Notes: generated by a model not told the origin, from the sequence alone. 64,000 nt of DNA from a virus (IMGVR_UViG_3300025387_000012:1-64000); one strand, 5' to 3'. Counted from the stretch's first letter, positions 9,404-18,441 are shown. Numbers and translations: made by a program.

Positions 9404-9994
9404 ATGGCACTTAACCCCACAGCGTTCATGATCGAGGGGCTCGATCGTCTTGGCAAGTCCACCCTGATCAATGAGATCAGGCAGCGCCTCGGCTTTTATC
9501 AGGTCATCCACTACAGCAAGCCTGAGGTGCTTGACATGTGGTTCCAAGACAAGGTTGACAAGGGAGCTACCGCGGCTGAAGCCAAGGCGTATGCCCTCGA
9601 GTGGTACCAACGTCAGGGCTTCATCAACATGTTCGCGCTGATGCGGTCGTCTGCAAACATCATCTTCGATCGCGCCCATCTCGGAGAATGCGTCTACGCT
9701 CCCATGTATCGCGGGTACAGCGGAGATTACGTGTTCGAAATGGAGAAGCGCTATCCGGATGTTCTCGTCGGCCGCAATCGCTTGATCCTTCTGACTGAGG
9801 ACTTTGATCACAGTCAGCATTTCGTGGATGACGGTCTGTCATTCGATCCTACGAAGCGCCGCGAAGAGCAGAACCTCTTCATCAAGGCGTACAACAAGTC
9901 CAAGTTTCTCGATAAGCGGATCATCTGCGTAACGGATGTTCTGACTGGTGGGTATCGAGACAAGGAGGACATCCTAGAGGAAGCACTCGCATGA
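9404..9994 (+). CDS. thymidylate-kinase-like dNMP kinase (candidate hm-dCMP/dNMP kinase)
   Basis: P-loop FMIEGLDRLGKST matches Tmk motif (EGxDGxGKST); GAGGAA RBS 6 nt upstream of ATG 9404. Confidence 0.7.
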   Translation: MALNPTAFMIEGLDRLGKSTLINEIRQRLGFYQVIHYSKPEVLDMWFQDKVDKGATAAEAKAYALEWYQRQGFINMFALMRSSANIIFDRAHLGECVYAPMYRGYSGDYVFEMEKRYPDVLVGRNRLILLTEDFDHSQHFVDDGLSFDPTKRREEQNLFIKAYNKSKFLDKRIICVTDVLTGGYRDKEDILEEALA

Positions 9995-10257
9995 GCTACA
10001 GCGTCTTTTCCCTTACCGAAACACAGATGAATGAGCAGGCCAACAACGTGATGGAGCTTCTCGAGAAGCAGCTCTATCGCGACGGTCTAATCACCGACCC
10101 CAATCTTCTCAGCCGCAACTACACCATCACGCTCGTGAAGAAGGCATCTGTCTCTGACTGGTTCAAGAAGCATTTCTTGGGCCACGTGACTGATCAAGGT
10201 GGTGTGTTCGTGGTGTTCAAGAACGCGATCACCAACCCTGACGAGCCCAAAGAATGA
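9991..10257 (+). CDS. hypothetical protein
   Basis: ATGA-coupled ORF, no domain recognised. Confidence 0.45.
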   Translation: MSYSVFSLTETQMNEQANNVMELLEKQLYRDGLITDPNLLSRNYTITLVKKASVSDWFKKHFLGHVTDQGGVFVVFKNAITNPDEPKE

Positions 10258-10712
10258 AGAAGGTTTATCTGGCTGGCCCTATCACGGGCACATCGTGGAA
10301 TGAGAGTGAAGGCTGGCGCGACGAGCTAAAGCGTCTCGCTGAGATCAGTGGCATGTTCCACGAGGTCCGCTTCTTTAGCCCGCTCCGCGGCAAGACCTAT
10401 CTCCAGCAAGCCGCCACCATCTTCGACACTTATGACGACACGCTCTACTCGTCAGCCAAGGCGATTATGGAGCGTGACTTCCATGACGTCGAGACAGCAG
10501 ATGCCATCATCGCCAACTTCGATGGCGCCAAGAAGGTCAGCATCGGCACGGTCATGGAGATTGCATGGGCTCATGCCCGCCGTATCCCAGTAGTCGTCAT
10601 CACTGGCTCGGACACCTTCCACGATCACGCGATGATCCGTCAGGCCTCGTGGTACCGGGTAAATAACATTGAGACGGCGCTTGATGCGCTGTCCTATCTC
10701 TTCAACGAATAA
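10254..10712 (+). CDS. nucleoside 2-deoxyribosyltransferase / dNMP N-glycosidase (Rcl/DNPH1)-like protein
   Basis: N-terminal KVYLAGPITG motif characteristic of NDT/Rcl family; size 152 aa. Confidence 0.5.
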   Translation: MKKVYLAGPITGTSWNESEGWRDELKRLAEISGMFHEVRFFSPLRGKTYLQQAATIFDTYDDTLYSSAKAIMERDFHDVETADAIIANFDGAKKVSIGTVMEIAWAHARRIPVVVITGSDTFHDHAMIRQASWYRVNNIETALDALSYLFNE

Positions 10713-10720
10713 GGCATATC

Positions 10721-11842
10721 ATGAGGATCGCAGTAATCAAGCTTGGGTCCCGTATCTCGTTCAACGCGAACGATACTTCGGGTGGTAACGGTGAAGCGCG
10801 TAGCATCATCAAGATGCTGCAGCAAGGTGGGGCTGAGGTTCACATCTACACCAAGACCCTGAAGAAGGACAACCTTCTTCCAGAGTTTACCTGGCACAAC
10901 TTGAGTGATAGTCTCGATCTGCAGGTCCTTAACCGGTCGGATGCGCTGGTTATTCTGAACGGCAATGTCAACTTCTTTGGCGGAGCTGAGGATGTTGAGC
11001 AGCTGCGAAACTACGAGATCATTAACTATTTTGATGGTCCTGTCTTCTACATCTACTGCGATCCTGAGCTGACCCTCAAGCAGGTTTGGCCTTCAGTCGC
11101 CAAGAAGGAATGGGCTGGTAACTGGCGGCAGATCAATCTTGAGATCACCCGCAACGACATCATCTATCTCAGCCAGCCCCATGACGTTAAGAAGGTCTTC
11201 GAAAACTTCTCAAAGAACGAGATCATCCCGTCACAGGTCATCCACTATCCCTTCGAAAAGTTCCCATGCTTGAATGAGCGTCTCGAGTGGAACCCAGACC
11301 CTGAGGTCGACCTCTCCTATGGTGGTACGATGCGGGGTGGCAAGCGCGAGAAGAAGATGGTGAAGTTCTACTTCGGCCATCCCGAAGACATCAGCGTGGA
11401 GATGTTCGGCAAAATCCAAGAGAAGGACTTCTCTCCTAAGCACGCTCCGGCCGGTCTCCGTCGTCCTTCCTTTACTGGACCTATTCGCTATGACGAGATG
11501 CTGCCCAAGATGAACAAGGCCATGGCGCACTGCGTGATCGGCGATCCCTACTACGAGGAGATCAACGACATGGCACAGCGCGCCTACGAGAGCATCTGGT
11601 CAAAGGTCGTCACGTTCATCGACACCGATCTGGATCAGCTTCGTCGAGTGTATGGACGCGATCCAGTTCTGGCAGAGTTCCTCTACGTTTCAAGCCGCGA
11701 GGAACTTACTGACAAGCTACGTCTTCTAAAGGAAGACGTTAACCTTCGACGGACCATCCTTGCATCTCAGCTTGAGGCAATCAACTTCAACGCTGACGAG
11801 TACTGCAAGAACTTCGTCGACCTCATCAAGGCTCTAAGCTAA
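10721..11842 (+). CDS. bgt: DNA beta-glucosyltransferase (T4 BGT homologue)
   Basis: Collinear similarity to T4 beta-glucosyltransferase: MRIAVIKLG~MKIAIINMG, NGNVNFFGG~NSSINFFGG, YGGTMRGGKREKKMVKF~YGGSFRSGQRESKMVEF, PSFTGPIRYDEM~PVFTGKIPMNMV. Confidence 0.85.
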   Translation: MRIAVIKLGSRISFNANDTSGGNGEARSIIKMLQQGGAEVHIYTKTLKKDNLLPEFTWHNLSDSLDLQVLNRSDALVILNGNVNFFGGAEDVEQLRNYEIINYFDGPVFYIYCDPELTLKQVWPSVAKKEWAGNWRQINLEITRNDIIYLSQPHDVKKVFENFSKNEIIPSQVIHYPFEKFPCLNERLEWNPDPEVDLSYGGTMRGGKREKKMVKFYFGHPEDISVEMFGKIQEKDFSPKHAPAGLRRPSFTGPIRYDEMLPKMNKAMAHCVIGDPYYEEINDMAQRAYESIWSKVVTFIDTDLDQLRRVYGRDPVLAEFLYVSSREELTDKLRLLKEDVNLRRTILASQLEAINFNADEYCKNFVDLIKALS

Positions 11843-12522
11843 TGGCCACAGGCAGCCACCACGGCGATCCCATGCTAACAGACGAGGAGTACGTCGCCTG
11901 TCAGCTGGTCATTGAATGGATTCAAAAGCACGTCCAGGACAGTGAGGGCACGGACGTGTTTTGGCTGCCGACGCGGTTCGAGATGGCAGAATATCTCGCT
12001 GAGAATGCCAACGAGGAAACACTTGACACTCTCGAGATGATGCTCAAGTGGATTCGAACCGTCCGTGATGCCAACATGGTGTCGAGCGCTCCTCCCTTTA
12101 TCCCGGGGCGTGTTGACCTTATCAAGTCTCGCTTGTTCTGGCGCATTCGCAGTGGCAAGGAACCTCTTAAGTTCCCGCCTCCTTGCGCCTACTCATGCCC
12201 TTGGTACGAGCTCATCGATGAACCAGAGCGAGCTCACTGGGCATATGAGTGCTACATCCATAAGCCAGGTGAAGCGACCTTCTGGGGAACACTTAATAAA
12301 GCAATAGCCCACCTCGCGCAAGCGACATACACCGTCGAGACATGGAGTGATGAAGAAAACAGCGTCCCAGAAACAGTCTCCTTCGGAGAGTATCTCTTCA
12401 AGGTTTTCAAGGGCCCTTACCAGACTATGGCTCTTGATACTGCTACTGGACAGCCATATCGTAAGGATATTGAGGGTTGGTGGATACAATACATCGGAGA
12501 TAAAGATGGCGTTCGTACCTAA
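11842..12522 (+). CDS. hypothetical protein
   Basis: 226-aa ORF, no recognisable domain. Confidence 0.5.
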   Translation: MATGSHHGDPMLTDEEYVACQLVIEWIQKHVQDSEGTDVFWLPTRFEMAEYLAENANEETLDTLEMMLKWIRTVRDANMVSSAPPFIPGRVDLIKSRLFWRIRSGKEPLKFPPPCAYSCPWYELIDEPERAHWAYECYIHKPGEATFWGTLNKAIAHLAQATYTVETWSDEENSVPETVSFGEYLFKVFKGPYQTMALDTATGQPYRKDIEGWWIQYIGDKDGVRT

Positions 12523-12700
12523 CGGTCCCAAGGTAGGTGATCGAGTTCGCATTATGCACGACGTTCGCGTGCCAGCTGGCACCTACACGAAGGGTCATGA
12601 GTTCACAATCACGGGCTACAGCTTCCGCGGCCCTGACATGGTTGACGATGATGGTCGTCCGCTTTACGAAGCGTTCAACGTCACCATCGAAAAAATCTAA
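12506..12700 (+). CDS. hypothetical small protein
   Basis: GGAGA RBS before ATG 12506; 64 aa. Confidence 0.4.
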   Translation: MAFVPNGPKVGDRVRIMHDVRVPAGTYTKGHEFTITGYSFRGPDMVDDDGRPLYEAFNVTIEKI

Positions 12701-12706
12701 GGGCTG

Positions 12707-12735
12707 TTTACTTTTCCAGAGAAGCGTGTTACGAT
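12707..12735 (+). promoter_or_regulatory. promoter, conserved family variant (TTTACT-N17-TACGAT) driving long leader + CofD-like gene
   Basis: GGGCTGTTTACT. Confidence 0.45.
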
Positions 12736-12741
12736 CTTCTA

Positions 12742-12966
12742 ATGAGGATGTGTGCCCGAATCCCTTGATGGTCAAGACACACGTCCAATAGTCCGGAGGC
12801 TACCTCTGCCCGTAAGGGTGCAGTAACCAATCTGCTTAAACGCTAGACCACTGAGCGGTGTGGGCAAACCCGGCAAGTAGGTGGAAAGCCTACAACCTAT
12901 TTTTCTGATTGAACCTTTCCCGTAAATATGGGCGGGCCCGGAGGACGGGCGTAAAGGGAGAACACA
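12742..12966 (+). other. ~225-nt untranslated leader upstream of CofD-like gene (candidate structured regulatory RNA)
   Basis: No credible ORF; GC-rich repeated motifs CCGGAGG / CCCGTAA(G/A) (..CCGGAGGCTACCTCTGCCCGTAAGGGTG.. and ..CCCGTAAATATGGGCGGGCCCGGAGGACGGGCGTAAAGGG..). Confidence 0.35.
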
Positions 12967-14877
12967 ATGAACATCGTCATCCTCGCTGGTGGTACCGGCT
13001 CCATCGCCCTTCAGAAGGGTCTCTATGATCTGATCGACGCCCACTTCGATGGCATCGACACGAAGATCATCGTGAACGCCTATGACAATGGCCTTTCGAC
13101 CGGCGCGGTTCGACAGGTCATGGGCGGTCAAATCCTCGGTCCATCAGATGTCCGAAAGAACCAGACAACACGCCTGCAGCTCGAGGATCCAGAAAGTCCG
13201 TGGCACAACTTCCTCGGCATTCGATTTACGGCTCAAAGCTCTGAAGCCAAGGACTTCTGTGCGCGTGAGATCGACAAGCTTCGCGAAGCACTGACCCAGA
13301 AGAAGTCAGTAGCAGAAGCCGAGTTTGCTGTTCGCACTCTCTACCGCGCTCTAGATGTCTACTTTAGCGTTCCAGTTGCAACGAAGATCGACTACACCGA
13401 CTTCTCTCTTGCTAACATCATCTACGCCGGTCTTGCTCGCGCAAACAGAAACTCTCTTCGCGCTGCAGCATCCCACATGGCTGAGCTAATGGGCATCAAG
13501 GACAACGTCCTTCTCAATGATGACACGTCTCTCTTCCTCGGCGCCATTACTGAAAGTGGACGACGCATCACCGACGAAGGCGACATCGTCTCGTGGGGAA
13601 ACCTTGAAGACCCGTTCGTGGACATCTTCTTCACTGATGCAAATGGAAAGCCTTCTCGTCCAACTCTCTGTGATGAAGCATGGGACGCTCTCATCAATGC
13701 TGATCTGATCATCCTTTCATCTGGAACCCAGTGGTCCTCGCTGATCCCGACCTATGAGAGCATTCTCTTCCGTGAAGCGATGCACAAGGTCGCGGACATC
13801 GGACGAGCCAAGGTGCTGATGGTAATGAACCGCCAGCCAGACAAGGACAGCCCAGGTCAAGGCGCATCTGAGATCATCGAGCTCGTCGCGTCACGCTACT
13901 TCGCGCCAAAGCAGCTGCACGTTCTCATTGACGTGGAGGCTGATCCTATTATGCGAGAGATCACTGATGAGGCCGCTGACCTTGTCGCCGGCATCTATCC
14001 TTTTATCGGGCTTGATCTGTCCTTCATAACTGGCACTGAGAAAAAGGTTCACAACCCAGCGTTTCTGGCCAAGGCAGTATCCGAAACGTATTTCGGTGAT
14101 TACCTCAAGAGTGACTTCTTCATGTTCGACTACGATGACACTCTTGTCGGACGTGGCAACACAACTCCAAAGGCATCCAGCTTCAACATCAATGGCGTCG
14201 CCGGGCTTTCTCTGTTGGGTAAGGTTGCGATCTGCACGGGCAACTCTATCAAAGCCGTTAACCTTCGCACGCGCAATGCCTATCGCACACAGTCGATGCT
14301 CAGTCGACCACGTGTCACCGATCCTATGATCGTTTTTGCTGATGGTGGAGTGAATAAGTATCTCTACAATCCGATCATCACGGGGTATTCAAACACTGAT
14401 GATGACGATGCCATTCGATCGATCTTTGTTGAGTGCATCAACCCTGACTCTGTTATCCCGGCGACTGGAAAGCACAGCATCTCCACGATCATGTCATCAC
14501 TGATCAACAATGGCATTCCAATGTCGAAGATTGAGAATCGCGGTGGTGCCATGATCACGATTCGTCCAGTTGATACTGAGTATCGCAGGGCGCTGACAAA
14601 CTTCGTACAGCTTCTCACCAAGGGTTCAGGTCTTCTCGTCAGAGAAGCAGGTCGCTCGACTATCGAAATCCTCAACCCCAAGCTCACCAAGGTAGATGCT
14701 GTTCGGCACATCAAGCAGACTCTGAAGCCAGCCTCCATCACCTATGTGGGTGATGAGTTCAAGAGCGGTGGCAATGATGAGTGCATCAGGACAGTTGAAG
14801 GAGTGAAGTGTCTCGAAGTGAAGAACCCAGCACAGACCGCGTTTTTCATCAGCACGCTTCTGAACAGCCACCTATGA
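12967..14877 (+). CDS. CofD/YvcK (UPF0052)-like phosphotransferase domain fused to C-terminal HAD-like hydrolase domain
   Basis: N-term ILAGGTGSIALQKGL and VNAYDNGLSTGAVRQ match CofD/2-phospho-L-lactate-transferase family motifs; C-term FDYDDTL (HAD motif I), KVAICTGNS (motif II), GDEFKSGGND (motif IV). Preceded by ~225-nt leader. Confidence 0.6.
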   Translation: MNIVILAGGTGSIALQKGLYDLIDAHFDGIDTKIIVNAYDNGLSTGAVRQVMGGQILGPSDVRKNQTTRLQLEDPESPWHNFLGIRFTAQSSEAKDFCAREIDKLREALTQKKSVAEAEFAVRTLYRALDVYFSVPVATKIDYTDFSLANIIYAGLARANRNSLRAAASHMAELMGIKDNVLLNDDTSLFLGAITESGRRITDEGDIVSWGNLEDPFVDIFFTDANGKPSRPTLCDEAWDALINADLIILSSGTQWSSLIPTYESILFREAMHKVADIGRAKVLMVMNRQPDKDSPGQGASEIIELVASRYFAPKQLHVLIDVEADPIMREITDEAADLVAGIYPFIGLDLSFITGTEKKVHNPAFLAKAVSETYFGDYLKSDFFMFDYDDTLVGRGNTTPKASSFNINGVAGLSLLGKVAICTGNSIKAVNLRTRNAYRTQSMLSRPRVTDPMIVFADGGVNKYLYNPIITGYSNTDDDDAIRSIFVECINPDSVIPATGKHSISTIMSSLINNGIPMSKIENRGGAMITIRPVDTEYRRALTNFVQLLTKGSGLLVREAGRSTIEILNPKLTKVDAVRHIKQTLKPASITYVGDEFKSGGNDECIRTVEGVKCLEVKNPAQTAFFISTLLNSHL

Positions 14878-15671
14878 TCAAGAACGACCTCTTCATCATC
14901 GCAGCGGGCAAAGGCTCGCGAATGAAAACGAACGTGCCCAAGGCTCTCGTTCCAATCACTGACGAACCCTGCCTAACCACGACCCTTCAACAGGTCGCCC
15001 ATCGCTTTAACACCGTGCATCTCGTTACGAACAAGATGGTGCAGGACCAGTGGGAAGCCTACCTCGATGATCTCGCTGACAAATACCCAGAGCTAGCAGA
15101 GATAGTCGTTAACGTTCCGATAAACTCTGGACTTGGCGATGGTCATGCGACTCTCATGGGCATCAATGAAGCCGCTGAGATGTGCACGCTCTCATCCAAC
15201 GAGGTCGTGGTGGTCTGGGGAGACGTGTTCTTCCCCAACTCTGAGATCATGGACGAGCTGCTATCTCACGAGCTTCAAGGATCGGGACTTCTTCCTGCTG
15301 TAAGGGAAGACAACCCATACGTTTCACTTCTCGTTGATGAGCAGATGGCCTGCATCTCGGCCGACTTCTCCAAGTATGGTGAGACGCATCCTACCGGCTT
15401 TCACGACCAATCTGTCTTCCGCTTTAACCTTAGCCACCTCATCACGTCCTTGAACGCGCTTCACGCAGCATTCTGGAAGAATGGTCGCTACATTACCCCA
15501 GGCGGAGAGCTCTCACTTCTGTACACGTTCCACCATCTTTACAACACAGAATATCCGTGCTACGTGTATGAGACCGATTATCCCACGATGAGCTTCAACA
15601 CGGTTGAAGAGGTCGCCGACATCCAACAGGAGATAAAGAAGCGATGGACGTCAAAGCAAAGCCAGTCCTAG
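14874..15671 (+). CDS. MobA/CofC-like nucleotidyltransferase (sugar- or phospho-compound nucleotidylyltransferase)
   Basis: LFIIAAGKGSRM glycine-rich NTP-transferase loop; ATGA overlap with upstream CofD-like gene. Confidence 0.6.
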   Translation: MIKNDLFIIAAGKGSRMKTNVPKALVPITDEPCLTTTLQQVAHRFNTVHLVTNKMVQDQWEAYLDDLADKYPELAEIVVNVPINSGLGDGHATLMGINEAAEMCTLSSNEVVVVWGDVFFPNSEIMDELLSHELQGSGLLPAVREDNPYVSLLVDEQMACISADFSKYGETHPTGFHDQSVFRFNLSHLITSLNALHAAFWKNGRYITPGGELSLLYTFHHLYNTEYPCYVYETDYPTMSFNTVEEVADIQQEIKKRWTSKQSQS

Positions 15672-16309
15672 TTACCCTGACCGCACCGACCTGCTCTGGC
15701 AAGTCCCATCTGCTCAACCACATTCGTGCCGTTGGACTTCCCTGTCTTGTTTCGACAACGACAAGAAGGCCGCGTAAGGGTGAAGAGGAAGGGGTTGACT
15801 ACTACTTTATCTCTGACGAGGAGTCTCGTGAGATTGAAGCGAGAGATGGATTCGCTGAGCTGATGACCTACAATGGTTATCGCTATGGAGTTACGAAGGA
15901 AGAGTTTCATGATAAGCTTTCAAGGGGTCTCGCGTTTCTTATTGTGGAGCCGAAAGGTATTGACCACTACGTGCAGCCTGCTCTTGATGTTGGCGCCTCG
16001 CATGTAAAGCTGTTTGTCTTTGCTCCTCTAGAGGTCCGCGTTGAGCGCTTCAAGCAGCGTGTCGCCCGTGACCAAGCCGCCATTCTCCTTGCAGAGACCA
16101 GTGGCACGCCTCTCATGGAGCAGCTGAAATACCAGCGCGCTGAAGACACTCTCATGGCTCACATGAACCGCCTTGTCACGATGCTGACGACGGAGAGTGA
16201 TTGGCAGAGCCTAGTAGAATGGGATGAGGTCCTCGACGGGACAGACACTCCCGAACAAAATCTCCTCAACATCCTGGACACGGTACGCCGTAAACAGGAA
16301 GAGTGCTGA
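15644..16309 (+). CDS. guanylate-kinase-like nucleoside monophosphate kinase
   Basis: P-loop TAPTCSGKSHL plus TTRRPRKGEEEGVDYYFIS (classic Gmk TTRxxRxGExxGxDYxF motif). Confidence 0.65.
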   Translation: MDVKAKPVLVTLTAPTCSGKSHLLNHIRAVGLPCLVSTTTRRPRKGEEEGVDYYFISDEESREIEARDGFAELMTYNGYRYGVTKEEFHDKLSRGLAFLIVEPKGIDHYVQPALDVGASHVKLFVFAPLEVRVERFKQRVARDQAAILLAETSGTPLMEQLKYQRAEDTLMAHMNRLVTMLTTESDWQSLVEWDEVLDGTDTPEQNLLNILDTVRRKQEEC

Positions 16310-16343
16310 TCAAATCACGATCCAACCACGGGTAAATAAAACT

Positions 16344-16769
16344 ATGAGCACATCTGAAAACAACTGGGTGCAAGACATCCATGACATGCACACCAAGTTT
16401 GGTGTCCGTCCCGTAATCGCCGGCCTCAACAAGGAGAAGCTGGCAAAGTTCCTTGAGTTTCGTCTGAACTTCCTCCAAGAAGAGCTCGACGAAGCCAAGG
16501 AAGCTGCAGTCTCTGGCGATCCTTCCAAAGCAGAAGATGTAGTCGACGCAATGATTGACCTTTGCGTTGTTGCCATCGGAACGCTCGATGCTTTCGGTGT
16601 CGACGCGTATACTGCCTGGAACCGCGTTCATGAAAAGAACATGCAGAAAGAACCGGGCATTAAGCCAGAGCGTCCAAATCCTCTGGGTCTCCCCGATCTC
16701 ATCAAGCCAGCTGGCTGGACAGCTCCAACCCACGCTGACAATGTAGGCCTTCTCGACAAACTTTTCTAG
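16344..16769 (+). CDS. MazG-like all-alpha nucleotide pyrophosphohydrolase (candidate dCTPase)
   Basis: EExxExxDxxxDxxxYL-type MazG motif (LQEELDEAKEA...EDVVDAMIDL); in hmC phages such enzymes remove dCTP. Confidence 0.55.
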   Translation: MSTSENNWVQDIHDMHTKFGVRPVIAGLNKEKLAKFLEFRLNFLQEELDEAKEAAVSGDPSKAEDVVDAMIDLCVVAIGTLDAFGVDAYTAWNRVHEKNMQKEPGIKPERPNPLGLPDLIKPAGWTAPTHADNVGLLDKLF

Positions 16770-16776
16770 TCGGCTG

Positions 16777-16805
16777 TTTACATCCCATTAAAAATGTGAT
16801 ACGAT
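16777..16805 (+). promoter_or_regulatory. promoter, conserved family (TTTACA...TGTGATACGAT)
   Basis: CGGCTGTTTACATCC. Confidence 0.55.
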
Positions 16806-16829
16806 ACCCTAGTTAGAAAGGAGGCAATC

Positions 16830-17126
16830 ATGCTTCTTCTTGATGTGGTAGCGCTTGGCGCTGTCCTGTTTCTTCTCTGGATTTTGATCTTCCAAGTCTT
16901 GGTTCCCGTCATCAGTGGCCGTCCGCTGTTCCCTGCTTTTCGCAAGGACCCGCTGACCGTCAAGGTGGCGGCGACCCGCGATGTGGTGTCTAATCTAAAA
17001 GAGCAGAACGCCAATCTCACCGAACTGCAAACCCTGCTCTCTCAGCGTGCAAGCCTTGAAAAGCGAATCGCTGAACTCGAGAGCCCGCCGGCTGCCACCG
17101 GTGAAACCCAATCTCCTAAGGAGTAG
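16830..17126 (+). CDS. small membrane protein (NfeD-like partner of SPFH protein?)
   Basis: AAAGGAGG RBS; N-terminal TM helix; immediately upstream of SPFH gene. Confidence 0.5.
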   Translation: MLLLDVVALGAVLFLLWILIFQVLVPVISGRPLFPAFRKDPLTVKVAATRDVVSNLKEQNANLTELQTLLSQRASLEKRIAELESPPAATGETQSPKE

Positions 17127-17128
17127 AA

Positions 17129-18382
17129 ATGGCCGAAGGCAATGTTGTTAATCGCTTGGTGGGGAGAGGTGCTCTTATCACCGGTCTCGTCATCGGCGCA
17201 ATCGTTTTCTGCATCTTCGCGGTTCATCAATCATTCGTGAATGTTGACGCCGGCGAAATCGTTGTCATCCAGGCGCCAATCTCCGGTCAACTGACTGTCG
17301 TTTCCGATCCAGGTTGGAAGTGGCGCGGATTTGGTGCTGTGACTTCCTATCCTCGTCGTGCTCAGTTCAGCTTCTCTAGCAGAGCTGACCAAGGCAAGGA
17401 TGCTGATGAGTCTATCACCACCCGCTTCAACGACGGTGGTCACGCGAATATCTCTGGCACGATTAACTGGTCGATGCCTCTTTCGCCTGACAAGGTCATC
17501 GCGCTTCACAAGGACTTCCACTCCTTCCAAGCGATCGAACAGCAGCTCATTCGCACTCAACTTCAGAAGGTCATCTACAACGTTGGCCCGACGATGTCGT
17601 CGACTGAAAGCTCTGCCGAACGCAGACCGGAAATCCCGAAGTACATCGACGACCAAATGGTCAACGGTCCTTATCTGACCCGTACGGTTCAGCAGATGAT
17701 CGACGATCCTATCACCAACCAACCGAAGCAAGTTGCTGTTGTCCAAATCGCAACCGGTGCCGACGGCCGCCCTCTGCGCGAATCGATCTCGCAGATCAGC
17801 CGCTACGGCATTATCCTGCAGCCCGTCTCGATCAACCAGATCAAGTACGACGATGTTGTTGAAAACCAGATCAAGCAGCGTCAAGACGCTACCACTCAGG
17901 TTCAGATCAGCATCGCCAACGCCAAGAAGGCTGAGCAGCAAGCGATCACCACCGCCAAGGAAGGTGAAGCTGCAGCCGCAAAAGCCAAGTGGGAGCAGGA
18001 AACTTTGAACGCCAAGGACATCGCCGAAGCTGAGAAGAACAAGCAGGTTGCTGAACTTGCCGTGGCTACTGCCGCTGCAAAGAAGCAAGCCTTGATCCTC
18101 GAAGGTGAAGGTGAAGCTGCGAAGCGGAAGGCAATCCTTCTCGCCGACGGCGCCTTGGAAAAGAAGCTCGATGCGTATGTCAAGGTCAATGAAGCCTATG
18201 CAGACGCAATCAAGAATGCCAATGCCGGCGCATGGACCCCATCGGTCATCATGGGCGGCGCAGGTGGTGGCAATCAAGTCCACTCAGGCGCATCTTCTCT
18301 GGTCGACATGCTGACCGCGAAGACCGCATCTGAACTCGGACTGGATCGCACGATCACGCAAGGCGCAAAAGCTAAGCACTAA
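17129..18382 (+). CDS. SPFH/band-7 (prohibitin/HflK-like) domain membrane protein
   Basis: N-terminal TM then VDAGEIVVIQAPISGQLTVVSDPGWKWRGFGAVTSYPRRAQF typical band-7 start; C-terminal Ala/Glu/Lys-rich coiled coil; followed by terminator. Confidence 0.6.
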   Translation: MAEGNVVNRLVGRGALITGLVIGAIVFCIFAVHQSFVNVDAGEIVVIQAPISGQLTVVSDPGWKWRGFGAVTSYPRRAQFSFSSRADQGKDADESITTRFNDGGHANISGTINWSMPLSPDKVIALHKDFHSFQAIEQQLIRTQLQKVIYNVGPTMSSTESSAERRPEIPKYIDDQMVNGPYLTRTVQQMIDDPITNQPKQVAVVQIATGADGRPLRESISQISRYGIILQPVSINQIKYDDVVENQIKQRQDATTQVQISIANAKKAEQQAITTAKEGEAAAAKAKWEQETLNAKDIAEAEKNKQVAELAVATAAAKKQALILEGEGEAAKRKAILLADGALEKKLDAYVKVNEAYADAIKNANAGAWTPSVIMGGAGGGNQVHSGASSLVDMLTAKTASELGLDRTITQGAKAKH

Positions 18383-18407
18383 GCTCAGCGCCATCAACGA
18401 CTAAGAG

Positions 18408-18441
18408 AGTGGGAGCCTTAACCGGCTCCCACTTTTCGTTT
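18408..18441 (+). terminator. rho-independent terminator after SPFH gene
   Basis: AGTGGGAGCC-ttaacc-GGCTCCCACT then TTTTCGTTT. Confidence 0.75.

Noticed and set aside
12780-12966. tRNA or CRISPR repeat search in the long non-coding stretches (12780-12966, 48815-49090, 58660-58990)
   Set aside because: No cloverleaf-compatible sequence (no GTTCGA/T-loop, no acceptor pairing) and no direct-repeat/spacer periodicity found by eye.
12772-13131. Minus-strand ORF across the leader and start of CofD-like gene
   Set aside because: Antisense to a well-supported + strand gene and to its promoter/leader; no RBS.
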